64,000 bases of DNA from Mobula hypostoma (taxonomy: Eukaryota), in assembly GCF_963921235.1 (NCBI RefSeq), contig NC_086097.1, positions 142,726,001 to 142,790,000 on the forward strand, written 5' to 3'. A program made the translations under genes and the position numbers. This document shows, piece after piece, positions 24,101 through 37,531 of the stretch (position 1 is the stretch's first letter; each line of letters starts with the position of its first letter). Below the pieces are notes generated by a model, which saw only the letters and a list, made by a program, of their open reading frames with translations, ran no database searches and was not told the DNA's origin.

Positions 24101-24979
24101 ATTTCTCAGCCCTCCACAAGTGTTGCGTGTATCAAGAAAGCACAACAAAGAGCAGGCAGTCAACCGGTTCACATCTTTACAACGAACCCTGAAAAGGAAA
24201 CCTGAGACCAGTTACAGAGATTGTTCTACTCCACTTAAAGACTGATCTAGAGACTAAAGTTCTATACCATGTTATAGTGACCTTACAAAGGTCAGGCGGG
24301 GAGTGTGTTGCCCTTAAGGCATTTATTTGACTTTGTTGGGTCTATGCTTTAAATGATTTGTTTGTAACTATTTTCTAGTTAAAGTTAAAAGTTGATAATT
24401 AAGTTACAGTATAACAAAGGTAAATTCATTGTCTATGGTAGATCATGGTATGTGATGACGTCACCTCCGCTTTCGCTGTGTCTTATGGGTAACCTCCGGT
24501 TTGGGAAGGTGTAAAGGTGGGTGCCATGCGTGCAGCATGATCGTGAAGAGCTTCGTGTCTACCCACAAAGAAACATTATAGAAGCAATGCCGTAAGTTCC
24601 TATGAAAGTATTTGAAGTAAAAATATTAACGCAGTTCTGTTGAGGAAGCAGCGGTTTGGGTGGTGCACGTGTGTCGGCTTTTCAATTTCAAACGCGGGGT
24701 GGGTTCGAGCCCGGCGGCAGTTTGACAGGACACCTCCCCCCCCCCGCTCGCTACTCGAGGCGGCTGGAGACACTCGCTAAAAGAGAGCGCGCGTGGACTC
24801 CAGAATGAAACAGACGCTGTATGTTTGTATTTTTTTTTTAAATCAAAGTTTTCACCATATGATGTTAATGTGGAAGAGTGAACAGTAAATGATTAACCTT
24901 ACTACGACTCTGTCTTCATTGGCTCTGGTTCAACTTGGTGTTTAGTCAGAGTTTCAACACACTGCACGAGAACACTATA
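21113..24979 (+). mobile_element. BEL/Pao LTR retrotransposon, internally deleted
   Basis: LTRs 21113-21770 (TG..CA) and 24304-24979 (TG..TA). 5-bp TSD GTCAG (21108-21112, 24980-24984). PPT GGCGGGGAG before the 3' LTR. Confidence 0.95.
21812..24245 (+). pseudogene. BEL/Pao gag-protease pseudogene; RT/RNaseH/IN deleted
   Basis: Three Cys/His knuckles (CPLHNKPHPLKKC, CFKCCSSTSHLAKEC, CSECNITNH), protease AYVILDDQNNRS, LLLGRD and AQRLDLGWVVIG. Ends in the IN tail LRPVTEIVLL. Stops and frameshifts present. Confidence 0.9.
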
Positions 24980-25029
24980 GTCAGGTATGATTTACGAAGG
25001 GCTATCTCGAGAGCAAAAGACCAATTCTG

Positions 25030-26590
25030 ATTGAGGTTAGAGGTGGAATCAGATGCATATCAACTCTGGTAGGGTTTGCAAGCCATTACTTCCCACAAAA
25101 CAAGGGAGAACAAAACTACCCATGAGGATCCCGGCAGCACTTGGTGACCTTGTGATCCCTGTCTCGGAGGCTGACCTCAGAACGTTTTACAAGAGGGTAA
25201 ACCATCACAAGGTGACAGACTGCAGTGGTGTACCTGGTAGGGCTCTGAAAACCTGTGTCAACTAACTGGCAGGTGTGTTGAAAGACATTTTCAATCTCTC
25301 ACTACCACTGGAAGTTCTCACCTACTTCAAAAGGGCAACAATCATACCATAGCACAAGAAGAGCAAGGTGAGCTGCCTAATGACTATTGTCCAGTGGCAC
25401 CCACATCCACAGTGATGAAATGCTTTGAGAATCAACTCCTGCCTCAGCAGAGATCTGGACCCACTGCAATTTGCCTATCACAACAACAAGTCTACAGCGG
25501 ATGCGATCGCATTGGCTGTTCATGAAGCCTTGGATCACCTGAACAATACTAATACTTACATCAGGCTGCTGCTTATTGACTACAGCTCAGTACTTAACAC
25601 AATCATTCCTACAATTCTGATTGAAAAGCTCCAAAACCTGGGCCTCTGTACTCCTCTTTGTAACTGGATCCTTAACTTACTCACCAGAAGACCACAGTCA
25701 GTGCAGATGGAAATAACATCTCCACCTCGATGACAATCAACACTAATGAACCTCAAGGATGTGAGCCCATTGCTCTACACCCATGACTGTGTGGCTAGGC
25801 ACAGCTCAAATGCCATTCATACGTTTGCTGATGATACAACTATTGTTGGCAGAGTTTCTGATGGTGATGAGAAGGTATACAGGATTGAGATAGATCAGCT
25901 AATCGAGTGATATCGTAGCAACAACCTTGCACTCAATGTCAGTAAGACCAAAGAATTGACGTGGACTTCAGAAAGGGTAAGACGAGGGAACACAGACCAA
26001 TCCTTATCGAGGGTTCAGCAGTGGAAAGGTTGAGCAATTTCAAGTTTCTGGGTGCCAGCATCTCTTGAGGGTCTATCCTGAGCCCAACATATTGATGCAG
26101 TTACAAAGGCGGCATGACAGCAGCCATATTTAATTAGGTGTTTGAGGAAATCTGATATGTCACCAAAGGCATTCGCAAATCTCTACAGAAGTACTATGGA
26201 GCATTCTGACTAGCTGCATCACTGTCTGGCATGGGGAGGAGTGCGAACTGCACAGAATTAAAGTAAACTGCAGAGTTGTAAACTGAGTCAGCTTCTTCAC
26301 AGACACTAGCCTCCCCAGTATCCAGGATGGCTTCAAGGAGCGATGCCACAAGAAGGCAGCATCCAACATTCAGGACCCTCATCACCCAGGACATGCCCTC
26401 TTCTGACTGCTACCATCAGAGAGGAAGGACAGGAGCCTGAAGGCACATACTCAATGATTCATGAACAGCTTCTTCCCTGTGCCGTCTGATTCCTGAATAG
26501 ACACTGAACCCATGAACACTACCTCACTACTTTTTTTCCCTCTTTTTTTGCACAACTTACTTAATTTAACTTTAAAATAAAAAAATATAC

Positions 26591-26622
<32 letters not shown>

Positions 26623-26715
26623 TTATACACTTTTAATTATGTATTGCAATTGACTGCAACTGCATAACAAACTTCACGACATATGCCAGTGATATTGAAC
26701 CCGATTCTCATTCTT
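25030..26715 (+). mobile_element. Rex1-type LINE, decayed; (CA)n at ~26595-26622
   Basis: [24 protein letters not shown] (ORF 25425-25733), FADDTT, and a 3' tail. Confidence 0.88.
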
Positions 26716-27769
26716 ATCATTGGTAAGGGTCAACACAAATCTTTAATCCATTTTAATCTCAAGGTTACATATTCATCTTCTAAGAGGAAATAGTTTCTGA
26801 CCTAGTAGTGAAATATTCCCAACTGGGCCACTTTTGTTTTTCCTTCAACCCCAATTCCATTCACTACTGATCTTCCCTCTCAAATTAAGATTTTATATAT
26901 ACTGAAAACAGTAAACAGATTATTACATAGATAGGTAACAGCTGATTTCTCACTAGGTCACGTGTGGTGATATAGTAAAAGAAGAAAGTCACAAAGAGGT
27001 TTGCACTTTTCATTATCTTGATATGCTTGATGTAGTATACAGCGAATTAGTACTTTCAAACAGTTATAAATGCTAGAAACGCATGCAAGAAGAATTCAAG
27101 ATTCAAATTCAAAGATTCAAAAAACTTTATTGTCATTCTAACCGTACATCAGCTCTGCAGGGCAGAATGAGAATACATAGATAATAAAAAATATCCTTAT
27201 CTATACAATGTTAATTTAGAATTAAATATGAACTAAGGAATAACTGCAATGCCCTCCTTTGAAATGTTGCCAGGGGATCTTATTTATACACTGATAGACT
27301 GTGGCCTGGTTTAAAATCTCATCCAAATTTCTCAACTGCCAGAACTGCAGCATTTCTCCAGTATTTCACCAGAATATATATATACATACACACACACACA
27401 CATACATCACCCTGAAATGGGATGTTAGACCTTAGGACTCAAGAGTTGAGAGTGCTTCTAATAAGATTGATACTCAAATAAATAGATCAGCAACAAATGA
27501 TCAAAGATTCAAAAATAACATCAGACATTTATAATTGGTCACAAATGGGTTGTCATCAAAATATATTTTGAATATACTTATGTTTTATGCATTTTAATTT
27601 TCTTTTCTTTTATTGGAGCAGAACTCTTTTGTGGAGATGGCTATCTTGATTATTCGAGATATTTTTCAGGTCCTTTCAAACAATATTTTCAGAAACAGGT
27701 CCTCCTCACTGTCACTCCCATTCACCATAACGTCTGAGTCCTCATGGAATACAGCTTCCTGCAGAGCAG

Positions 27770-27855
27770 CCTTAATGAAAGGACTCAGCCTAAAACATTG
27801 ACTGTTTATTCCCCTCCACAGATGCTGCTTGATCTGCTGAGGTCCTCCAGCACTG
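27770..27855 (+). mobile_element. Degenerate Penelope terminal repeat
   Basis: ttaatgaaaggactcagcctaaaacattgactg..gatgctgcttgatctgctgaggtcctccagca. Confidence 0.6.
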
Positions 27856-27939
27856 GAGAGTAGTACTTTTGCTTTTGAGTTGGAAGCATATATGCTCAAG
27901 TCTCACTGAATTTCTTTAACCATATAGCATAACCCTAGA

Positions 27940-29278
27940 TTCAGTCTAAGATCCCCTCGTGTTTTAAGAAGGCAACGGCACACATCAACCACAGCCTACT
28001 GGTCAACCTCGATGCTTTGCAATTCACCTACCGGAGCAACAGGTCAACGGCAGATGCCATCTCTCTGGCCCTACATTCCTCCTTAGAACACCTGGAGAAT
28101 AAAGATGCATACGTAAGTCTCCTTTTCATTGACTTCAGCTCTGCCTTTGATATCATCATGCCAAATAAACTGATTCCTAAACTTCGGAACCTGGGCCTTA
28201 GCACTCAGATCTGCAGCTGGATCTTCAACTTCCTCACAAACAGGACCCAGGCTGTAAAAATAGGGGACAAGCTCTCCTCTACAATCACTCTGAGCCCCGG
28301 TGCCCCACAAGGCTGTGTACTAGCCCCCTGGTGTACTCACTGTACACCCATGATTGTGCAGCCAAGTTTCCATCAAACTCAATATGTAAGTTTGCTGATG
28401 ACACAACAATTGTAGGCCGTATCTCGGGTAATGATGAGTTTGAGTACAGAGAGGAAATTAAGAACCTGGTGGCATGGTGCGAAGACAATAACCTATCTCT
28501 CAACGTCAGCAAGACGAAGGAATTGGTTGTTGACTTCAGAAGGAGTAGTGGACCGCACGACCCAATTTACATCGGTGGTGCGCAAGTGGAACAGGTCAAA
28601 AGCTTTAAGTTCCTCGGGGTCAATCTCACAAATGACCTGACTTGGACCAACCAAGCAGAGTCCACTGCCAAGAAGGCCCACCAGCACCTTTACTTCCTGA
28701 GAAAACTAAAGAAATTTGGCCTGTCCCCTAAAACCCTCACTAATTTTTATAGATGCACCGTAGAAAGCATTCTTCTCCGGTGCATCACAACCTGGTATGG
28801 AAGTTGTTCTGTCCAAGACCAGAAGAAGCTGCAGAAGATCGTGAACACGGCGCAGCACATCACACAAACCAATCTTCCGTCTTTGGACTCACTTTACACC
28901 GCATACTGTCAGAGCAGTGCTGCCAGGATAATCAAGGACACCACCCACCCAGCCAACACACTTTTCGTCACTCTTCCCTCCGGGAGAAGGCACAGGAGCT
29001 TGAAGACTCGTACAGCCAGATTTGGGAACAGCTTCTTTCCAACTGTGATAAGACTGCTGAACGGATCCTGACCCGGATCTGGGCCGTATCCGCCAAATAT
29101 CCTGACCTGCCTCTCGGTTTTTTTTTTGCACTACCTTACTTTCCATTTTCTATTTATGATTTATAATTTAAATTTTTAATATTTACGATCCAGGGAGCAG
29201 GAAGTGCAGTATCATATATCGCTGTGATGATTGTACATTCTAGTCTAAACTGGCAACAATAAACTATAAAGTATAAAA
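27940..29278 (+). mobile_element. Rex1/Babar-type LINE (copy B, near-identical to 6146-7158)
   Basis: ORFs 28017-28415 and 28331-29071 are joined by a 1-bp frameshift near 28322. Internal deletion at ~27977. Same tail as copy A. Confidence 0.93.
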
Positions 29279-30196
29279 GATAACTCATCAGTGCAATACT
29301 GGAGAGCTGAATTAACGGTCCCATATCTTGAATTTGACATTAAAACATGGTTGCTCACCAATCAGGTAGACATCAAAGATCTGGCTCTATTTAAAGAACA
29401 AATAAATGGGCAGATTTGCATTCACATGGCATGTTTCATAACTTTAGAGCCTCCCAAAATACATAAAATCTCAGGGTTTAAATCAAGCCCCGAGAGTCCT
29501 CTCCTTAGACTGCAATCCTTATTCTTTTAAATTAATACGTTTGGTACAATTGCTGATTCTAGTTACTTCCACATCTTCAGCACTCAGTTGCATCCCAAGC
29601 TCATGAAAATCTCTCTCCGAACTCTTACATTTGATCCCCTCCAATCTGGCTTGTGCTCTGCCATTGTACTAAAATTCCTTTAATCAAGTTCACAAATGAC
29701 TTCGTGTGTCTGTGATGCAGCTGGACTGAACCATTCACCTTTGCATTCAAGTCTTTGTAAAAGTAAATAAAAGGCACTTTGACAATGTCTGTTCCCACCA
29801 TCCAACTCAAGGGGATTCACCCTGCTCATTACACAGATCCAGGTATGGCCAGAGAATTACTTCTGATGGCTTCACACCAGCAGTTTTGGCAAATGCTGAT
29901 TCACAGAAAAGATCTCCACCTGTCTCTGCATTCACAGATCAACTGTTGGGATAAATATTTACAGAAATTATCTAATTTCACACACATCTGGAAAACAGAA
30001 AATGCTAGAAACATTCATCTGAGGAGGAAGAAACACATCCAGTATTTTAGGATGCTAACGCAAGTCTGTACTATCTCACTTAATTCCTGAAGTCCCTTTA
30101 CAGCGATAAACTGGCTGCCCAACAGCCAAACTTGGATCAGTCACAAATCCCCCTAGCTAATGTGAGAATTTCAAAACCACTTCCTATAGAGACGTA

Positions 30197-31780
30197 CAAA
30201 CCCCATTTCCAGAGAAGTTGGGATATTTTCCAAAATGCAATAAAAACAAAAATCTGTGATATGTTAATTCACGTGAACCTTTATTTAACTGACAAAAGTA
30301 CAAAGATTTTCAATAGTTTGACTGACCAACTTAATTGTATTTTGTAAACATACACAAATTTACAATATGATGGCTGCAACATACTCAACAAAAGTTGGGA
30401 CAGAGTTAAAATAAGATTGAAAAGTGCAGAGAATATTCAATTAACACCGGTTTGGAAGACTCCACATTAAGCAGGCTAATTGGTAGCAGGTGAGGTATCA
30501 TGACTGGGTATAAAAGTAGCATCCATCAAAGGCTCAGTCTTTGCAAGCAAGGATGGATCGTGGCTCACCCCTTTGTGCCAAAATTTGTGAGAGAATTGTT
30601 AGTCAGTTCAAAAGGAACATTTCTCAACGCAAGATTGCAGAGAATTTAGGTCTTTCAACATTTACAGTACATAATATTGTGAAAAGATCCAGAGAATTCA
30701 GAGACATCTCAGTGCATAAAGGGCAAGGTCGGAAACCACTGTTGAATGCGCGTGATCTTCGAGCACTCAGGCGGCACTGCCTAAGAAACCGTCATGCTAC
30801 TGTGACAATTATAGCCACCTGGGCTCGGGAGTACTTCGGAAAACCATTCTCACTCAACACAGTCCGTCGCTGCATCCAGAAATGCAACTTGAAACGGTAT
30901 TATGCAAGGAGGAATCCATACATCAACTCTATGCAGAAACGCCGGTGAGTTCTCTGGGCCCGAGCTCATCTCAGATGGACCGAAAGACTGTGGAACCGTG
31001 TGCTGTGGTCAGATGAGTCCACATTTCAGCTAGTTTTCGGAAAGCACGGGTGTCGAGTTCTCTGTGCCAAAGATGAAAACGACCATCCAGATTGTTATCA
31101 GCAAAAGGTGCAAAAGCCAGCATCTGTGATGGTATGGGGGTGCATCAGTGCCCACGGCATGGGTGAGTTGCATGTATGTGAAGGTACCATTGACTCTGAG
31201 GTGTATATTAGGATTTGAGAGAGACATATGTTGCCATCAAGGCGACGTCTCTTCCCAGGACGTCCATGCTTATTTCAGCAGGACAATGCCAGACCACATT
31301 CTGCACGGGCTACAACAGTGTGGCTTTGTAGACACAGAGTGCATGTGCTTGACTGGCCTGCTGCCAGTCCAGATCTATCTCCTATTGAAAAGGTATGGCG
31401 CATCATGAAGAGGAGAATCAGACAATGGACTGTTGAGCAGCTGAAGTCTTATATCAAGCAAGAATGGACAAAATTTGCAATTGCAAATCTACTACAATTA
31501 GTATCCTCAGTTCCAAATTAAAAAGTGTTATTAAAAGGAAAGGTGATGTAACACAATGGTAAACATGCCTCTGTCCCAACTTTTGTTGAGTGTGTTGCAG
31601 CCATCAAATACTAAATTTGTGTATGTTTACAAAATACAATTGTTGGTCAGTAAAACTACTGAAAATCTTTTCTTTGTACTTCTGTCAGTTAAATAAAGGT
31701 TCACGTGAATTAACATATCACAGATTTTTGTTTTTATTGCATTTTGGAAAATACCCCAACTTTTCTGGAAATGGGGTTTG
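30197..31780 (+). mobile_element. Full-length Tc1 transposon (1584 bp)
   Basis: TA|CAAACCCCATTTCCAGAGAAGTTGGG ... CCCAACTTTTCTGGAAATGGGGTTTG|TA, with long TIRs containing an inner AAAAGTTGGGACA repeat. Confidence 0.96.
30553..31562 (+). pseudogene. Tc1 DD34E transposase pseudogene
   Basis: WSDES, QQDNA and SPDLSPIE with 34 residues between the second D and E. Premature TGA at 30946 and a further break near 31216. Confidence 0.93.
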
Positions 31781-32139
31781 TATTTTAACCACAATCTTAG
31801 GCCAAATGGTATTCCTTCACAACCATAGCATTACTTTTAAATTTACCCATTTTCAAGGAACTAGATTCACTATCAAGACCAGTATTTCTTGCCCCTATTT
31901 GGCTTTAAGGTAGTGGTATCCTGTTTCAGTTCTTGTGCTGAGAGAACTCATCAATGCTGTGTGGATTTGGATCAGTGATAAAGTTCTTTCGGTGGCAAGA
32001 ATCACATAGAAAGCTATTTAGTTCATCAAGTGTTGCCAGCTCTCACACCAACTCCAACAGTCCTATTCCTTCATTTACTTTCTCCGTGACCTATTGTCTC
32101 ACTTGCCCATGAACACTCCTTTGATTCCCCAACAGAAAT

Positions 32140-32325
32140 TTACAAAAGTGGTAATTTATAATGGCCAGTTTACCTATAAGCGGACTCATCTTTGGGATAT
32201 AGGAGGAAATCAGAACACCCAAGGGAAGACATGGTCACAGAGGGAACAGAGAAACTCCATCTGACAGCACAGGGCAGAATTGAAACCAGGATGCTGGAGT
32301 TGCGAAACTGCTCCGCTACCTGCAG
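32140..32325 (-). mobile_element. tRNA-derived HE1/V-type SINE
   Basis: Minus: tRNA-like head ..cctggtttcaattc, body tggagtttctctgttccctctgtgaccatg..tttcctcc..cccaaagatg. Confidence 0.65.
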
Positions 32326-34534
32326 TATCATTACATAGTCCATTTTGGTGTTGGGCATTTGGTAGATCAGTAAATTCAGTGCATTTTGCAACCACTGTGT
32401 GCTAATAGCAAAGGCGATGAATTCTTAGCAGGATAAACGATGGATGAGCTGCTCAAGTTATTGGTGCTGCATTCATCCAGGCAAGTGGACAGTTTTCCAT
32501 CACTTTCCTGACCTATAACTTCTAGATGGTGGAAAGTGGGTGTTCAACCACACCCAAACAATCTGTGGGTGGCTCTTTTCGCTACACTATTTATATGGCT
32601 GGTGTTATTGAATTGAGCTTCAGATCAACTGGGATCTCTAGGATTCTAGGATTTATGTAGGACTCACTAGAACTCACTGATAGGAATGCCAATGAATAAA
32701 ATCTGGAGTGGAATAGTCCTGGCAAAATTCAAACAGTAAGCTATTGGTGTGTATGTGTCACTTGAAGAGATTGGCAATGATACCTTGCATCACACTTGAC
32801 AATGATGAGAAATAAACTAATTGAACAAGTAGTAGTTAGACTGGATTTGTCCTGTGGAGTGTTATGTAGGCAGTTTCCTACACTGCCCCATAGACTTCAG
32901 TGCTGTAGCTGTTCTGAAAAAGAAGCACTATTGGTTCTGGAGCAGAGATTAACCTTGTTCAATCTTACCCAATCTTCAAATGAGAAACTAACTTTATATC
33001 CTCTCCACAAAAAATTCCACTTCCTCCCACTTATTTCACATCTCAGCAATGCACATCCATACATCTTTTGTTTCCAAATTTGACTTTTTCAATATGCTAC
33101 TTAAGAGTGTAACTAAAAATGAGACATAAAATTAACTTTTTCCAAAGAAAGATCTTTTTAAAAACTATGAAAGAATGGGGCAGAATAAATAGAAAAAGAT
33201 TTCCTAGTGATGAGTGAGAAAAGCTACAAATACTTGATTAAAAAGGCAAGAAGTTTAGTGGACAGCATGAGACTTGCATTTAAAGATTAGCATGGCAATG
33301 CTTCAAGATGAACTATAGGAGTTGGTGATCAAATAAAGATCCTTCACATCTGCTTCTCAAGTGGAGAATAAACATCAACATGGCCAAGTTGAGTCAAAGT
33401 CTCACTCCAGTCTGGTTTTGATTTACTTCATCTGATTTCTTATTACTGTCATTAATACACTGCCTTTAGCAGAAAGCATCACCCTTACAGCCATCCCTCA
33501 AATCTAGTTGTCATAAAGCAGATTATCTAGCCATTTACCACATTATTCTTTCCACATTGGCTCTAATAGTGTTGTGCTAATTACTACAGTTAGCGCAGTG
33601 TCTCATGATTAGGTCATGGTTAATCACGTTTGTCAGCAGTTGCTGGCTCGGCATGGCTTGAAGAGCTGGAAGGGCCTACTAAACACGGTATAGTTAAATA
33701 AATAAATAAATAAACACCACCATCATTATTATGTGCCATGTTGTATGATGTGGGTGATCATGGCCTTCTGTCCATGATAGTTCTTGGCAAATTTTTCCAA
33801 CAGGAGTTATTTGCCATTGCCATCTTCTGGGCAATATCTTTACAACACAGGTGACCCAGCCACTTTCAATAATCTTCCGAGATTGTCTGCCTAGCGTCAG
33901 TGGTTGCAAAACCAGGACTTGTGAGATGCACCAGCTGCTCAGACGATCATACACCTGCTCCCATGGCTTCACATGACCCTGATCTGGGGGGTGGGGGCAA
34001 AGCAGGTACTACACTTTGCCCAAGGGAAGGAGGACCTTACACCTCCTTTGGTAGAGACACATCCCCACCTCGCCACCCAAAATAAATAAACATCCTTGCT
34101 ATAAGTAATGGTGAATGATAAGGCCCTGGAGTGCTAGAGAACAGAGGGACTAAGAGTGCAAGTACATTGTTCCCTGAAAGTGGAGTTGTAGTTAGGCATA
34201 GATAGGGTTAATGTACATAGTCTTTTTCCCCAGACATGGGGAAATCAAGAACTAGTGGGCTTTGTAGGGGGAAGAGATTTAACAGGGATCTGAGAAGGAA
34301 TTTTTTCCAAACAGAGGGTGATCAGTATATGGAATGGAAGCTAAGTCAGGAATATTAACAACATATAAAATACATATGGACAAGAAAAATTTGAAGGAAT
34401 GCGAACCAAACGTAAACTAATGGTACCAGCTTAGATGGGAACCTTGGTTAGCATGGACCAATCGGGTCAAAAGTCCTGATTCCATTCTTAATGACTCAAT
34501 ATGCAAATGCACTAATTTATTGAAAAACAAGTAA

Positions 34535-35185
34535 CTACAGGCAGTGAAAAAAGCTAATGGCATGCTGGCCTTCATAACAACGGGAATTGAGTATAAGGTC
34601 CTTCTGCAGCTGTACAGGGCCCTGGTGAGACCACACCTGGAGTACTGTGTGCAGTTCTGGTCTCCAAATTTGAGGAAGGACATTCTCGCTATTGAGGGAG
34701 TGCAGCGTAGGTTCACAAGGTTAATTCCTGGGATGGCGGGACTGTCATATGTCGAAAGATTGGAGCGACTGGGCTTGTATACACTGGAATTTACAAGGCT
34801 GAGAGGGGACCTTATTGAAACATATAAGATTATTAAGGGATTGGACACACTGCAGGCAGGAAGCATGTTCCAGCTGATGGGTGAGTCCAGAACCAGAGGC
34901 CACAGTTTAAGAATTAGGGGTAGGCCATTTAGAACGGAGTTGAGGAAAAACTTTTTCACCCAGAGTGGTGGATATATGGAATGCTTTGCCACAGAAAGCT
35001 GTGCAGGCCAAGTCTCTGGATGCTTTCAAAAAAGAGGTGGATAGAGCTCTTAAAGATAGTGGAATCAAAGGTTATGGGGATAAGGCAGGAACTGGATACT
35101 GACAGTGGATGATCAGCCATGATCACAGTGAATGGTGGTGCTGGCTCGAAGAGCCGAATGGCCTACTCCTGCACCTATTGTCTAC
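34535..35185 (+). mobile_element. CR1/HER1 LINE 3' fragment, young
   Basis: KKANGMLAFI..LYRALVRPHLEYCVQFWSP..RTRGHSLR; 3' end ggcctactcctgcacctattgtcta. Confidence 0.93.
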
Positions 35186-35488
35186 ATTTGAAAACTATTT
35201 TATTGACATGAGCCATTTTGGAATGTTCTGGGAGCTAAGGGCTTTTCAAATTAAAATCACACAAATTAATGGAAATCCTCTCTATGTGGCAGACATTTTC
35301 AATTTAGATCTGGAAAGAAAAAGTCTAGGAGATATCAAATGTTCATGTAATATCATTACTATATGAATCAGTGCTTCAGGAAAGAAGGGGACAGAACATG
35401 AGAATAGACAAAGCTCTGATAGCACTAGGCAACAAATTTTTTTGAAAGGTGTTGCCTCCTCAAAATTTTTTTGTTTATGATAGAACAC

Positions 35489-36229
35489 TTGAAGCTGAAC
35501 ACAAATATAATTTCAGACTACTTGTATCACATAGGAATTTAGAGAAACAAGAAATTAACCTTTATTGAATATAATGTGTTTAGTTGCTTTAACAGTGCTG
35601 ACGCTTTGCCACGTAGTTCAACTAAGCTAAAAATGTTTTGTCCATTGTTTTCATTTGTACGCAGTGTCCTAGGGTTCTTGCTTAAGTGTCCAACAATAAT
35701 CAGCCAGCATTGATGGATTCCAGTTGCCCTGATACCATTTCTCCATGACTGCAATGTCCTGGTGAAGGCTTTCACCATGCCCGTCACTGACAGTGCCAAG
35801 ATTTGCGGGGAAGGTGTCTAAATGGAAATGCAGAAAATGTATCTTTAATGACATGTTGCACTTCATGGTTTCGTATGCTTGAAGCATGTTGTCAACCAGC
35901 TGCACGTAGCTTGGTGCTCTGTAGTTGCCAAGAAAATTTTCAACAATATCGTTGAACTTCATCCATGCCATTTTCGCCAGTCCCACAAGAAGTTCTTCAA
36001 ATTGCCTGTTGTTGATGACCTGTTTGATTTGTGGACCAACAAAAAATGCTTTCCTTAATCTTGGCATCAGTTATTTTGACTTGAATTATGAATTGAAATA
36101 ACAAATGCAGGTGATTTTTTAAAAAAGTGCGTGATAGGGAAATTTCATGGTGATTTTCATGAATAGTAGCCCAAAATCCATAACATACTCCCAGAAATAT
36201 TCAGGAAGCAAAATCTTTGTTGCCCAGTG
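35489..36229 (-). mobile_element. Chapaev3-like DNA transposon, internally deleted
   Basis: Minus strand begins CACTGGGCAACAAAG. Transposase C-terminus FVGPQI..FLGNYRA..CNMSLKIHFLHFHLD..LGTVSDGHGESLHQDI..YQG..MLADYCW. Family assignment is from memory. Confidence 0.7.
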
Positions 36230-36312
36230 TAGTTTCGCCACTTACAGTCATCATGAAATTGGATTCAATGAAAAATCTGATAAATCAGTTCTAGATTGCA
36301 GGAACTCTTTGC

Positions 36313-36775
36313 AAAACACACAAAATGCTGGAGGAACCCCGGAGGCCAGGCAGCATCTATGGAAAATGTACAGTCGACATTTTGAGCTAAAACCCTTTGG
36401 CAGGACTGGAGGAAAAAAGATGAGTCGATTTAAAAGGTGGGACAGGGGAAAGAAAAACAGAAAGTGACAGGTGAAACCAAGAGGAGGAAGGATGAAGTAA
36501 AGAGTTGGGAAGTTATTGGTGAAAGAGATACAGGGCTGGAGAAGGGAGGAGTCTGATAGGATAGGACAGAAGGCCATGGAAGAAAGAAAAGGGGGGGAGA
36601 GGGAGGAGCACCAAAGGGAGGTGATGGGCAGGCAAGGAGATAAAGTGATAGAGGGAAAAAGGGATGGGAAATGGTGAAGGCAGTTGGGGGGTGGGGGGGA
36701 CATTACCGGAAGTTCAAGAAATCAATGTTCACGTCATCACGTTGAAAGCTACCCAGACAAAATACAAGGTGTGTA
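36313..36775 (-). mobile_element. Penelope-like 3' fragment with degenerate hammerhead
   Basis: HLVFCLGSFQRDDVNIDFLNFR*. Terminal repeat with the core mutated (CTGCCAA..CAAAATGTC). Confidence 0.82.
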
Positions 36776-37531
36776 CCACCAGCGTAAGTCTTTGGCTTGT
36801 TCTGACTTGAGTCAAGTGGTATAGAATTTAAATCCCACTTTTGACAAATCTGGAAAGAGGAGGCTGCAGCTCTGGTGTTACAGTCTGGATTAATGTTCAG
36901 TGGAATACCAGAGTTCAATGGTTTGGGATGCTCTCACTCCTCAATGCTCCTGCCTTATGCAAGCTACTGTAAAGACTAAAAACATGGAAGCAGCAACTAA
37001 CTTGAGACCAGTCTGCTACTCTTGTTATCTCAAACTGATGAAATGAAACCATTTACACTGACAAATCATTTTTGGCTGCTTACACCATTACCTAGGAATA
37101 TCCAATCCTTGACATCAGCAATCCGACCCAATAGACACGGCAACTAAAGCAGGTTGACAAGATAATTTGATGAAACACCGTCTAATCAACTTCTGTGATT
37201 AATTTATATCCCATATATAGTTGAATCCAAGGAACATGTAATTATAAAAAAGGGGTAGTAAAAGGAAGTATCACACAAATGGAAAAAACTTAGCAACTCA
37301 ATGTAATTTTGCTAGATGTTAAAGCTGAGAAAATAACTAACCCAGTTGTCTCAAAAATTCCCAGTGTGTGCAGGCAATACACTGCTATATTTTCTCCACT
37401 GACATTAAAATTTAAAAACTCTATATAAACTAAATGAACACGTTCTGCTTCTCTTCCATTTGAGAGAATAGTTTCTGCCAGTAATCTGTTACTGTAGTGC
37501 TGAATGTACGTATCGAATGCTTTGTACTCAC

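Noticed and set aside
27666..27899. Acidic ORF AALQEAVFHEDSDVMVNGSDSEEDL as an exon
   Set aside because: The acceptor is supplied by a degenerate Penelope repeat and there is no convincing donor; unsupported.
29625..30000. Possible exons
   Set aside because: Resembles an old LINE RT remnant (FDPLQSG..IKFTND) and repeat-derived pyrimidine tracts.
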